DNA of 62,792 nucleotides, counting the filler, from Welwitschia mirabilis (Eukaryota), in assembly GCA_051453625.1 (NCBI GenBank). It is 7 parts of one record of this genome, joined end to end, with 100 filler letters (N's around TTAATTAATTAA, not from the genome) between each part and the next. Parts side by side here need not be neighbours in the genome. Positions count along the whole stretch, not along the records: positions 26,718 to 48,607 come from JBOZIK010000001.1; 6 more parts are not named here. One strand, written 5' to 3'. The notes beneath the pieces are model-generated. The model did no database searches. It was not told the DNA's origin and saw only the letters and a list, made by a program, of their open reading frames with translations. Position numbers and translations under genes: made by a program. Positions 26,801 through 40,102 of this stretch are shown one piece after another (the first letter of the stretch is position 1; each line of letters begins with the position of its first letter).

Positions 26801-29800
26801 TAATGCACGGGGTAGGAAGAAGTAATGAAAAGAAAAATCCTCAAGTTTGCTTTAACTTAAAATTATTTAAGATTTATAAGTGGATATGTGCAAAAATAAA
26901 TAAGATACTAAAGGAACATAGGTAAAATAAAAATAAAATCAACCTCATAGGAAAATTGCAAGTAAAAATAAAATGTTAACGAGAAAACTACTAAATAATT
27001 AAGTCTTAAATATTATGATGAAAAAGTATGAAATAAATTTAAAATACCAAATAAAACAACAAAAAATACAAAGAAAATGGATAACTAAGAACATGAAGAA
27101 GACGGTGCACCTACCCAGAATTCTAACATAGCATAGTTCCTTGGGAGTAATCATAAAATCACTTGATTATGATGCATGACATGATGTAAAAACTTTAGAA
27201 AGTACCACTCAAATAGGTAATGATTATGATGATTCCAAGTATATTTGATGTTTTCACTCAATAAATGATAAGAACAAAAGATGCTAAAAAATGGACTCTC
27301 CCACTTACACCTAAAAACACATTGGAATCCTAAAAAGTAAAATGATCATATGAAAGTACTATATGCACTAGCAGTCTAAGAAATAAGTAATGCCATTGAT
27401 AACACCAGGGATATTACTATTCCCATAGCCTTTGAGTGCTTATTATTAGTCCATGATGAGAGGAGTGAAACCATCATAAAAGGAGTAAGAACCCATAAAG
27501 CATGACTAACTAACCCCCCAATGAATTTTCCACTACTATCATATCACACTAGCAAATGTCCCTCTAAAAAACATTCCCCCAGTATGCTTGTGGTAGGACA
27601 TCATAATTTATTTTAGATTAAAAAGCTCTTTTTTATTCTTTTTTTCTTTTTTCTCCTTTTTTTAAGTAAAGGTAAAAGATTACATGACTAACTACTCTTA
27701 AGGACAAGGATGAAGAAATAATATGAGAAGCAAAATAGGACATACTTAAACAACTAAAGACTCGTACCCTTAAGAGAAAATACAAGAACTAAGACATCTT
27801 TCTCTGAAATGAAATTCATAGATATACAAATGTCTTAAGATTGGGTGAATCTAATCTTATCATTTTCAAATCCTTAAGTAAATAATTACTATTCATGGTA
27901 ACTTCATAAACTAATACATTAGTCAAGTTAAAGTTGTTTAAGTGATAGCATGATTTTCACTAAAGGAATTCGCTAAGGAAGAATTCAAACAATTATAGGA
28001 GGACTTCCAAGACATATGCTTCTANNNNNNNNNNNNNNNNNNNNNNNNNNNTCTCATAGATGTTTAACCTTCAAAATTTTCTAAGTGTTTAGATTATAAA
28101 TTTTAGCTAAGCCATTAGAATGCACTTTTTCTAAAAGATAAGGATCCAACCATTGAGATGTTAACTTTTTTTTAAAAGATTCACTTAAGTATTGTATTTT
28201 TATTAGAAAAATAAGTATTAAACCAAATACAAACTAATTGATAAAACATAAAAGGTATAAAATCATTTTGAATTAAAAATAAATTAAAGGAAAAGAGAGT
28301 AACATGATAAAACCTTGATAGAATAAATTTTAAGATCCAAATAAGAGATGAAGTAATAAATTTTTATGACAAGTATCTCTTATTGAATCATCATTAATTA
28401 TTATTGTCACTGCATAATTCATTCAATATACTATTAAAGAATTAATCAAAAAAGTTTTTAAAGACTTTTTAGAATGTTTAATAAGATTAAGAAGCTTGTA
28501 GATTTAATTCTAATCATAAGTTATTATTAAGAAGATAAGATTTACTCCAATTTAAAATTCCAAGATATCCTAACTTATACCTTTGAAAAGAGTAATCATT
28601 AAAAGAGTAATACAAAGTGGACTTGGTATAATAAGGAGTATTTTACTTTAAGATTAACATGGGGTTTTAAAAGGAAGAGATAGAGAGATGGTAGGAATAG
28701 ACTTTTCAAATTTAGGAATTTCATGAAAGTCAAGGGAAGGAACATGGCTTGGAGAATTACATGAATGTTTAAATGGAAGAAATGGAGAAATATTATCATG
28801 ATCAAGNNNNNNNNNNNNNNNNNNNNNNNNNNNNNNNNNNNNNNNNNNNNNNNNNNNNNNNNNNNNNNNNNNNNNNNNNNNNNNNNNNNNNNNNNNNNNN
28901 NNNNNNTTTTTCTAAAAGATAAGGATCCAACCATCTAGATGTTAACTTGTTTTCAAAAGATTCACTTAAGTATTGTATTTTTATTAGAAAAATAAGAATT
29001 AAACCAAATAAAAAATAATTGATAAAACATAAAAGGTATAACATCATTTTGAATTAAAAATCAATTAAAGGAAAAGAGAGTAAAATGATAAAACCTTGAT
29101 AAAATAAATTTTAAGATCCAAATAAGAGATGAAGTAATAAATTTTAATGACAAGTATCTCTTATTGAATCATCATTAATTATTAGTGTCACTGCATAATT
29201 CATTCAATATACTATTAAATAATTGATCAAAAAAATTTTTAAATACTTTTTAGAATGTTTAATAAGATTAAGAATCTTCTTAGATTTAATTCTAATCATA
29301 AGTTATTATCAAGAAGATAAGATTTACTCCAATTTAAAATTCCAAGATATCCCAACTTATACCTTTGAAAAGAGTAATCATAAAAAGAGTAATACAAAGT
29401 GAACTTGGTATAATAGAGAGTATTTTACTTTAAGTATCACATGGGGTTTTAAAAGGAAGAGATAAGAGAGATGATAGGAATAGACTTTTTGAATTTAGGG
29501 ATTTCATGAAAGTCAAGGGAAGGAACATGGATTGGCGAATTACATGAATGTTTAAATGAAAGAAATGGAGAAATATTATCATGATCAAGATGAGAAGGTA
29601 ACATGGAAGTAGAAGTAGAAGAAAGGATGTGATTTGGATTTGTAAATGGAAGCATAAGTGAAAGGGATGAAAAAACATGAGTAAAATTTTTAGATTATTT
29701 TGTTGCATTGGAATGAACAAGTCTGTCCTTTATTAAGTTTTATTAAATCTCTATGAGTCCTTCATTACATTCATTTTCTTTACTATTGTTTTCATCATTA

Positions 29801-31287
29801 CTTTATTGAATTATTTCTTCATTTTCTTCATCATTGTTTTTTTTACTATATCTTCATTCTCTTATTGAGTATTATTTTCATTCTCTAAATTATTCATTTC
29901 ATAAAATAGATCATAAAGAGACTTATACTTATATTTATCATATATTGAAAAATTTTCATATTCTTCATCAATTGATTCCTCCATTTCATCTTGATCTTTT
30001 AGTAGTAAATGAATTATAGGAATGTAATCTAGCATCTCAATATCATTACCTAATAAATAATCATTCTCATCCTCATTGTTAAAAAATTGAGTTGAGCCAT
30101 TATCTCTCCTTTGGTCACCTACTAAGGATGTTGAAGTTTGATCTAAAATCTTATCTTCTACTTGAAATCAAGAATCATTGTCACTTGTTTTTAAGTTCTC
30201 TTCATTCTTCTCAAGGTAGGATGTAGTAGGATAGTTTTGAGAATTTTGTGGTGTAAAAGAACATTGATTTTGTAACATTATTTGTTGAAGTATCTCAATC
30301 ATATTTTATAAATTTTTATTAGTTTTTTCTTGCATTTTATTTATTTCTTTGATTAACTTTTGAAGTGACTCTTCTTCTTCTTCATTGTAATTCATAGGAG
30401 ATGTTTTTACTTTAGAGTAATTTATGGAAGATGATTGGGATTGATTAAAATAATTATGGGATGTTTCTCTAAATAAGGTAAAATCTTTAAAATGTTAAAA
30501 ATATTCATTATAATTTTTATATAAATCCTAAAAATAAGAAGGAAAAATATAATAAGGTTAAGAATAGGAAGGGTCCCAATTCCTAGTCTTAACATCATTT
30601 GGTATTATCCTCTTTCTTTCCATAAGAATTTTATGAATTGGTCTTTTATCATTTTCCTTAGAATTTCTCAATTTTCTCCTCCTCTTACAAAGAATTTATT
30701 TAAAGATCCTTTTATCACTATTCATAAAAATAGATGAAAAGGATAAAATAAGAAGATTTTAATTAATATGGTAAGGAAGATAAGAATAACATGAAGATTA
30801 AGCTATATTCCTTCTAATATTTCATGTTTCCACTAGAATTATTTAAATCCTTAATTAGTCTATCATCTTGTTAGTTGTTTAGACAACAAGAATAGTGACC
30901 AATAGTTATTTTGTATAAACTCAAAAAAAATTATAAAAAGTTCAAAAACAAAAAATAACATTGACAGTCATCCACCTAGTCATCTAGATGACATTAAGGA
31001 TGATGTTGACTTTATTATATTATTAAAAATTGAAATCCATTATTATAAAAAAGAATTAAAAAATGCTAATTGCAGGTCATCATTTATACTATCATTTAAA
31101 AGATAGATAGGATGATAAGGGTTATTAATGATATAAAAAATAAAATTTGTAGAAAATAATCCTATGAAATCTTTAGTAAAAATACAGTGCTATACACATA
31201 AATAACTTAAATCAAAATCCAAGGTACTTATCTGGATAGTGATAATCCTCTAGCTCCTTGCAAACTTTATTGGCAATAGTGCTGAAA
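23834..31287 (-). mobile_element. Internal region of Athila-like element B (no recognisable protease, RT or RNase H; integrase tail remnant)
   Basis: Minus-strand NKLTSRWLDPYLLEK (cf. KLKSRWSGPF) occurs at ~28140 and ~28925. 27000-27830 is homologous to the 3' region of element C (41860-42600). A PBS-like tttcagcactattgcc lies at 31272-31287. It contains one scaffold linker. Confidence 0.65.
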
Positions 31288-32657
31288 TTTTGTAGTATGA
31301 ATTTATGCAATTCTTAAGTCCTTAAGCAAATCCTATATATCACAAATTCTTATGAAAAGACACATACTAGTATAGATGGGAGTTAACCTAGATGTCATTA
31401 TCCATTAAAGGCACTTGATTAGAAGTTAGAGAAATCATTTTAACAAACTATATTTACTATTTTTTCTTTAAGTAAATAATAATTGAAAATAATGTAGAAG
31501 TATAATGAAAGATGTATGATAAAATGCAATGGTTATAGATGAAATGCAATTAATGAATCTATTTAACTACCAATCTGTCTATTACTAATATTAACCCTTA
31601 CAACTTAGATCAATTAAGAGACATGTTACTAGATTCTAACTAGAATAAGCTATAAGATACATTAAATAGAATATAGATAAATGGAACTATGAAAATGTAA
31701 TATGAAATAAAATTCAAGATCTAAACTAATAGTATCAACCTTAACAAAGATTATCCTTATGTTCTAGATCAATTATGAAACTGTCATATAATCACAACNN
31801 NNNNNNNNNNNNNNNNNNNNNNNNNNNNNNNNNNNNNNNNNNNNNNNNNNNNNNNNNNNNNNNNNNNNNNNNNNNNNNNNNNNNNNNNNNNNNNNNNNTT
31901 ATCATTATGTTCTAGATCAATTATGAAACTGTCACATAATCACAACCAATATAAACCATAAGAAAGATGTACATAATAAAAAAAAAGTCTTTCAATAATA
32001 TTAAATCAATATTCACTTATAAAGTAGCAACACCTCAATAGAAGATACATTTCCTAACATCAAGAATGACTTCTTTGTATAGCATAGGATGGACCTCTTG
32101 TCATAAGACCTTAAAGTATAAAAGATGAATTTGGGACTAAGGCAAGAATTATTTATAGTTTTAAATTAAAGGTTATAGAAATGAAATCCTAGAACTCGAA
32201 GATAAAATAATAGTAGCCCATATGGGATGCATAACCTCATTACAAAGATAAGTGATTTTGTTCATATAAAATAGTTATCATCCTATCTATTGTTATGAAA
32301 ACACTAGGGAGGATGATATCCCATAATAAGAGATGATTCATCAGATTTTAGCCCTATTATTAGTGTTGTAACTTTAGTCCATATTAGCACCACCGTCATC
32401 TTAGATGTATGGGGGATGGCAAGCTTTCTTATTTTTCAAACTAAGAGAAATCAGCCTCCTACATCATTGGTATTCTCTTCAATATACTAAGTGTTAAAAT
32501 CTATCTAAAATATCTCTAAATATGTAAAGAATTGCATTTTTCTATGACCATCCCATTGAATCTTCATAATCATCAAAATTCCATATAAACCTATCTAAAT
32601 GTCCTTTACAAGTACTCAAGATACTCCTCCAAATACATATAATTTGACATCATAAGA
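31288..32657 (-). mobile_element. 5' LTR of Athila-like element B
   Basis: Termini are degenerate (ttttgtagtatgaatttatgc ... gacatcataaga). It has an adjacent PBS and family motifs throughout. Confidence 0.8.
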
Positions 32658-33360
32658 TTATTTTTTACATTAGATGTTAATTCAACTAATATGAGGTAGG
32701 TTATTGACCACATGAAAGGCTAAGAACTATTTATTAGTTTTTTGATGATTTTCCTCCTTCCAAGGATGCTTAATCATGTCTTTTTTTTGTTCTTTATTTA
32801 GATGTTTATTTTGAGTTTAATGTAGATCATGGTTGTTATGGATTTTAATAAGAGATAATTATAATTTTTTTATACATTCTATCTTTATATTTATTTCATT
32901 TATATTAGAAAGATAAAAATTTACCATTTTCATGGCTCTAACACTAATTGTAACATTCTAATTTACTAAATTAACATTAGTCTTACATTTAATAAGGAAT
33001 ACTAGAAATTAAAAAGGATAAGGAAATAATTAACATATCAATTAAGTAGAATAGAAGTATATATTTGTTAAATTGGCAAAAATATAGCCTTTATCTCTTA
33101 CTCCAATCCTACACTAGTGGTGAATTAAAAATATGGACTACAACCTCTGCACTTCTCCTAGGATCTCTAGGGATTACCTAGATTATCATTATTTCATCCA
33201 TCTAGTCTATCCACCCTCACTAAATGCCATAAATTTATGAACAAAATGAAGTAACATAATATTATAAATATAAGGGTTACATCCTCTTATTATAATAGTA
33301 GTTATCTTTAACTACTATCTAATATTTTTTAACAATAACCAATTAATTAAAAGTTATTTT
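32658..33360 (-). mobile_element. 5' LTR fragment, PBS and leader of a chromovirus-type Ty3 element
   Basis: The minus strand reads ...gaatgttaca|attagtgttagagcc, an LTR end at 32949 followed by a decayed tRNA-iMet PBS (TGGTATCAGAGC). It is homologous to 9012-9420. Confidence 0.65.
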
Positions 33361-36300
33361 GGAATGTTATAACTATGATGGAACCTCATAAAAAATCAAA
33401 GGTATGTTAAAAAAATAAATAAATTGAGTGCTATTCTTGTAAAGGATTTGAATGCATTACCACTGAATGCTTAAACAACAAAAAGAAATAAGCTTTAAAA
33501 TAAATAAGGAATAAGTGTGATGTTTTTACCTAGAATAGTAACACCAATTAAAATAATGATGAAGCACACAATGAAAGGAGGCTTTTCTTAATGACATTTA
33601 CTTATAATAACATTTATTTGTTATCATTATTAGATGGTGATTTTGATATCTCTAGCTCTTATGAGCTATAAAATTTGTTTGATATTTTAATGATAAGAAA
33701 AAGAATGATTTTTTATGTGATAATGATAAGAAAGGTTAATTCTTCAATTATAATAAAGAACAAGATAACGAGAATGATGAGTAAGTAAAAGATGAAGATA
33801 AACCTAATGATACCATTGACGAAGTTTATGAGAAACTCTTTAAAGAAATCAAGAAACCTTTTTTAAAAAAACATATTCTAAGAAAAGGTGTTGGAAAATT
33901 TAAAAATTAAAAGACGTCTATATCAATTCAAATAGATCCTGTAAGGAACAAGTAACGCACAAAATGATATATCCTAAGAAAAACACCAAATTTATTCAAG
34001 AGCTTACTAAATCAAGGGAGAAGAAATGTAAGGATTTGTTAAACAATATTAATAAAATTTACAACATTATTTTAAAGTTTTTTATAGGGAAAAATAGTTT
34101 TGATAGAGTTTTTTTAATGAAAAGTAGCACCATGAAGGAATATTAGATTGAGTTATATGCCTTCTCTATCTCATAGTTTTGTATCTACCTATTTTAAAAA
34201 GTCATTCTTTATTTTAGATTATAAAATATTATACATTAAGAGTTTTAAATTAGGTATGTTCAACTCTAATCTTTAACTATTAAATTTATCAAAATAAAAT
34301 AAAATATATTTTATTTGTTATTTTTTGCAATAAGCTTAGTTACACCAAGTTGACTTTTCATTATAGTAACTTGTTTGCAAAGGTTATTACTATGCTAGGA
34401 TTCTAATTCATTTATAATAAATATTATTTTAATACAAGATGAAGTAATGGCAACATACATAAAAGTTTATTAATTAATACTATTCCAGATATTACTAGAT
34501 ATTAATTTGTATTTTGATAGTAATTGTTTAAGACATAGGATAGATAACACAAGTAGATTTATGAACATATAAATGGTAAGGGATAAGTTAAAGGAATGGA
34601 AAGTATTATAAATAAAGATTAGCCTATCATTTATGATGTTATATATGTAAATGGACTAAAATAAAAATCTTCTTAGCATTATCCAAATATATGAAAGATG
34701 TATGTATGTTTTAGTTAATGCATCTAAGTATCATATTTTATACAAGAATGATAAAGTAATACTTTCAAATAATAGAGATGAAAGTGTGAATTTCATTAAG
34801 AAATAATTAAGTAGAAAATGCTTTTTTTTCCATTATCATAATACCAGTAGACTAAAGAATAAAATATTAAGACATAAAAATTACAAAAAATTATATAACA
34901 TTGCTAACCGTGATATAGTTAAATGTATACCTAACATAAATCAATTATAATAGGAAATTTATCATGTCTATAAATTAGGTAAATAATCTAGAAAAAGATT
35001 TAGTATGATTAATAAAGTAAATTATCAAGTACATATAGATTTTATTCACTTAGGTCTAATAGGTCTTATTCTTATTGATAGTTTTAATGGCAAGAAGTAT
35101 GTCTTAGTTATTGTAATATGACTACTTTATATTTTCTTTGATGATTCCTTAGATACAAGAGTGAATCATTTAATAAATTTGAAATTATTTTTAAGAAACT
35201 CAAAAATGAAACTGATGCCAACATAGGTAAAATTAGAATTAATCAACATAAGAGTTCAAGAATGAAAAATTTGAGTATTATATTAAGAAAATAAAATTAT
35301 AAATGAGCTTTCAACCCCTAGATTTCTTAATAAAATGGGGTTATAAAAATAAAAAAGAAAACTTTGTAAGAGATGACTAGAACCATATTATAAGAAATGG
35401 ATCTAACTAAGAGGTTGTGAACATAATCTTTCAACATTTCTTACTACACTTTCAACCCTGCTTTCTAGATTAGATATGAAAAAAACATTATATAGTCTAT
35501 ACAAAAGTTATATGCCAAATGTTTTCTACTTTAAAATCTTTAGAATTAAGTGGTATATCATAAAAGATGTATAAAACATAAAATTTTTACTTTGAGATTA
35601 TAGAATGTACTTTTCTAGAATTTTCACAAGTAAGTAACACTTATAGAATATCTAACTCTTAACTATAGCATAGTAGAGGATGTATCTGCTTAAAGATTGA
35701 TAAAAAAGAGGGGATTAACAATGAAGAATAAGATGAAGTTGACATGATTTCCAATATATCTAAGTCAAATACTTAGTTTTCAACTGTATATCCCTCTATA
35801 CTCCTCTTTTACCTAATCATTTAACTAGCTCAACCCTCAATACCAATCACAACACATTGTAGTTACAAAATATTTATTCATTTATTTAATCATTGATGAT
35901 TTTTTTGATAAAGTAAATATAAGAATCTCAATTTATGCTATTGTATTATTTGTATCAAATCTTGAGCCTAGAAATTTTAAGAAGCTAAAAATTATTAATA
36001 TTAAATAAATGCTACATAAGAAAATTAAACCAATTCAAAAATAATGAGTTCTAGGAACTTATACCCAAATCTAGAGATCATAATATCATTAAAACAAATG
36101 GGTATTTAAAAATAAATTAAATAAGTTTTTTGAAGTTGTCAAAAATAGAGAAAATTTACTAGCATAAAGGTTCATCAAAAGGCATATTTAACAACAAACA
36201 AGCATTTATTTTGAAGAAACTTTTACTTTAGTAGCTATATTATAGTTTATTATAATATTTATTTCTATATATTATTCTTTTAGTTTAAGAAATTTTAAAT

Positions 36301-37470
36301 GAATGTCAAAAGTAAATTTTTAATGAAATTTAAATAAATTATTTTGTAATGATAAGTCTATTTGTTTTAAAGAATAAAATATCTTAATTAAGTCTACAGA
36401 TTAAGAAGGCTCTATAAGAATTCAAACAAATTCTTAGAGCATGGTATGAGAAGCTAAACTCCTTTCTATTTAAACATTCTTTCATTAGATGTAAAGTAGA
36501 TAAATTGTTTTTTTTAAAAAAAAATCAAATTTAACTTCTTTCTAGCAATAATTTATTTAGATGATATAATTCTTGGTTATACTATTGATCCATTATTCCA
36601 TGATTTTACTAAGTTAATAATGAACCATTTTCAAATGAGGCATCTAGTTAAGCTATAAGTCTTTATTGACTTACAAGTTCATTAATGTAAGGATGGAGTC
36701 TTCTTATCTCAATAGAAATTTATTCGTAAATTTATGAAGAAATTTGAAATGGATAAAATCAAGTTAATCTCTACTTCCATGAGTGTAGATAACAATATTG
36801 ATGTAGATCAAAATAGAAAGAATACACATATAAAGTAATATTAGAGCATGATTGTTATTAGTCTTTACCTCATTATAAGTAAGCTATGCATTACTTTCAC
36901 TATCAAGCTATATGTTATTTATTAATATAAATCTAAATAATCTCACTTAAAGGTAATAAAAATGATCTTAAAATATGTCAATCCTATTTTATATTAGGGT
37001 ATTCAATGTTCTAGAGATTTAAATTTCCATTTATCTACTTATCATGATGCTGATTTGGCTAATTCTAGAAATGATAAGAAAGGTACTGATGAAAATGATT
37101 ATCTTCTAAAATATTACATGGTTAGTTTAAAAAATAAGAAACAAACTTCTTTTGGTTTATTCATAGCTAAAAACAAGTACATATTAATTGATAGTTGTGT
37201 AGCCTAAGTATTGTAAATTTACCATGTTTTCCAATATATAAATATTAAAGAAGCTAATATAGTAATTTATTGTAATAATTCTAGTATTATAAAAATCTCA
37301 AATAATCTTGTTCTTTATTCTATAATTAAGTACATAGACCTTAAAGATCATTTCATTTGTAATCATTTTGAAATCAAAGATACACCTCTTAGTATGTGCC
37401 AACATTAGCTAGTTGACATCCTTTCTAATTCTTTACTTAGAAATTAATTTTGTGTTTCTATAAAAATCCA
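33361..37470 (+). pseudogene. Highly degenerate Ty1/copia (Sirevirus-like) gag-pol
   Basis: Domains are in copia order: CYSCKGFECITTEC (knuckle, ~33429), YFDSNCLRH (protease, ~34510), IHLGLIG and GKKYVLVIV (integrase), FKQILRAWYEKL and IYLDDII (RT), DADLANSRNDKKGT and KYIDLKDHFI (RNase H). It is riddled with stops. Confidence 0.85.
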
Positions 37471-38765
37471 CTAATCTTGGACCTTGTTCTTAAAACTTTT
37501 ACTCTTAATATCAATTTATATTTTTTAATTATTTCTTACTCTTGTTAAAATCCTCTTATTTAACCTAATTATTTATCTTTTGGTTCTTAATTATTAAGTT
37601 AATTTTTATCATATAATGTAGTCACTTAACTACTAGTTTATAGCTAAGTTAATCTCTATATCTTATTAAAATTTTTAAATCTTATTTTATTGACTATAAC
37701 AATTTTATTTGTTGATTGTATATCATTCAAATTATTTTCTATTGTCTTTTATTAATCTTTCATTCTATATTTAATTAACTTCCATGTTCTTAGTCTTTAT
37801 TAGATATATTTCATTGTTAGTTTATTGATTCTTAATTGGTTAATTGCCTATGATTAAAATTATCTTTTTAAAACATTAAAATAATTAATTACATAACCCT
37901 AAGGATCAATTGCCTATTATCACTTTTAAAAACTACAAAATGGAGAAGCTACTTTTCATTTCAAACTACTCTAGTTTTGTTCTTTATAAGTTACTTTTAT
38001 CTTAAGTTACTCCTTTTAACTTTTACATGATTCAAAGGATTCGAATTTTCTTAAAAAGATGAAAATTATTTCTTTTATAGATTTTTAGTAAAATTTGAAG
38101 GTATGTTTTTGTTTAAAAATCACTCATTTCTTAGTTTTTTTTTTTAACTTCTAATTGTTTTTATAATTCTAATGCTTTTAACTCACTTGGTTTTTCTTTT
38201 CTTTTCTTAATCTATGCTAGTTTGTATAAAATCTAGTAAAGTTGGATTATTTTATTTTTTTACTTTTATATTAGAGGAATTTTTTAATTCTTTATAATTA
38301 ACATGTAAACATTGACATTCTGATCAAGTTATTTAACCAATTTATCTTAATAGAAGACATCAATATAACTAATTTATCATAAAAACATGTTTTCTATTAC
38401 TTTTCTTGAATAATCATGGATTTCTTCCCATGACATTTTAAGGATAACTATTTCACCCAAAATAATGTTGTAAAAGTTGAATATCATTTGGTCTTAAATG
38501 CTAGTGCCATGATCTAGGTTGGTTCTTTTGAATAAAACACTTAAAAACTCATGTTTTGAACTTATCATTAAAAATTCAACTAAATGCAGTTAGTGGTTTA
38601 ATTAGACTTCATATTAGAAATAACTAGCATCTATTATGACATATGATAGTGATGACAATGATACAAAATAGTGAAACATGGTAATGTTAAGTAGGATGAT
38701 GATGGAGACATATGATAACATCATTGATTAATAGAAGCAACAACGTTTAATAGCCAAGTATTCAT

Positions 38766-40102
38766 TGTTGCAGTGTGAAATTATGCACTCTGGAAGTCCT
38801 TCCGGTAAACCTGTAAATCATATGATATTTAGAAAAAACACACTAGTATAGATGGGAGTTCACCCAAATGTCGTAATTCAACAAAGGCACTAGGCTTAGA
38901 GTTAGAGAATTGATTTTCAAAAGTATTTTTAGTCTTTTTGTCTTATAAAAACTGAAAGGAATAAATAAGTAAATGCAATGCTACATAGAGATGAAATGCA
39001 AGTGAATGGAAATGGAAATGGAAATAGATCCTACTTAGATCCTAGTCTTTCTATCATAAAGACTACTTTCTCTATAACTTACATCAATTAAGAATATTGT
39101 CTACTAGTTATTAACCAACATAAACTATGAGATCTATCCAAGTAAGAATATGCCATATGTGATACAAAATGAAATGAAGTACAATGCAAATCTACTACTA
39201 CTAATCAAGGTCAACCTTAATAAAGGTTACCCTTATGATCTAAATAAATCATAGGTTATCACTTAACTATGACCAACTTTAATCATAAGGGACATTCACA
39301 ATATTGGAATGAAAGAGGAAATTATATTAATCCAAAGAGAAATTAGAATAACATCCACTTACAATCAGAATAACATCACCTCAATAAAAGAGACATAGCC
39401 TGACACTAAGGAGACTCCTTTTTGTAACATGGGATGGACCTCTTTCCTTTAAGATTCTATCACAAGCATATCAAGTACAAAAGATGAAGTGAAAATGAAG
39501 GAGAAAAATGATATTTATAGTTTTTCACTTGAGGATTTGGAGGCAAAATCCTAAAGGTGGGAAACAAATACCCTAATGATCACATGAGTTTTTTGAACCC
39601 ATTTACAATGACATTTATTGCATACATGTAAAAATAGTTGTCATTCCAACTGTTATTCACACAACAGAGGGGACACCACCACCTAAACGACTTGGTTTGT
39701 GTACCCATGTGATACCATCTGCTCTATGGGTTAACCATGCATGTTGTCAATGTCGTTGTCTTGTCCATCATTCAAATGACTAATTGGATGATGCCCTACC
39801 ACCATGTACTCCATGTACTGCTATTAGCACCATAGGTTCTATCCACGTCAGTAGTGTGATTGTCCTTAGTAACATGGAGATAACTGTGGATATGATGATC
39901 TTCCTTTCCTCCTTTATCCAAGGTAAGTCAGTCTTTTGCATCATAAAGTCCTTCTTTGAAATCTGTAGTATTAGAACAAGTCCAAGAAACTGCTAAAAAT
40001 GCTAAGTATTACATATTTTACTAATCATCTTATCAGATCTTCATAATTATTAGTATTACATCAAAAACCTTTATGAATGTCCTACAAATTAGCATCACAA
40101 CA
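38766..40102 (-). mobile_element. 3' LTR of Athila-like element C
   Basis: Termini are perfect TGTTG...CAACA. The PPT complement tagccccctcctta follows at 40103-40116. Confidence 0.9.

Noticed and set aside
29430..30019. Short hydrophobic or low-complexity ORFs as host genes (also 4131-4382, 6452-6667, 60472-60720)
   Set aside because: They are chance ORFs in AT-rich transposon DNA, with no recognisable domains or splice structure.
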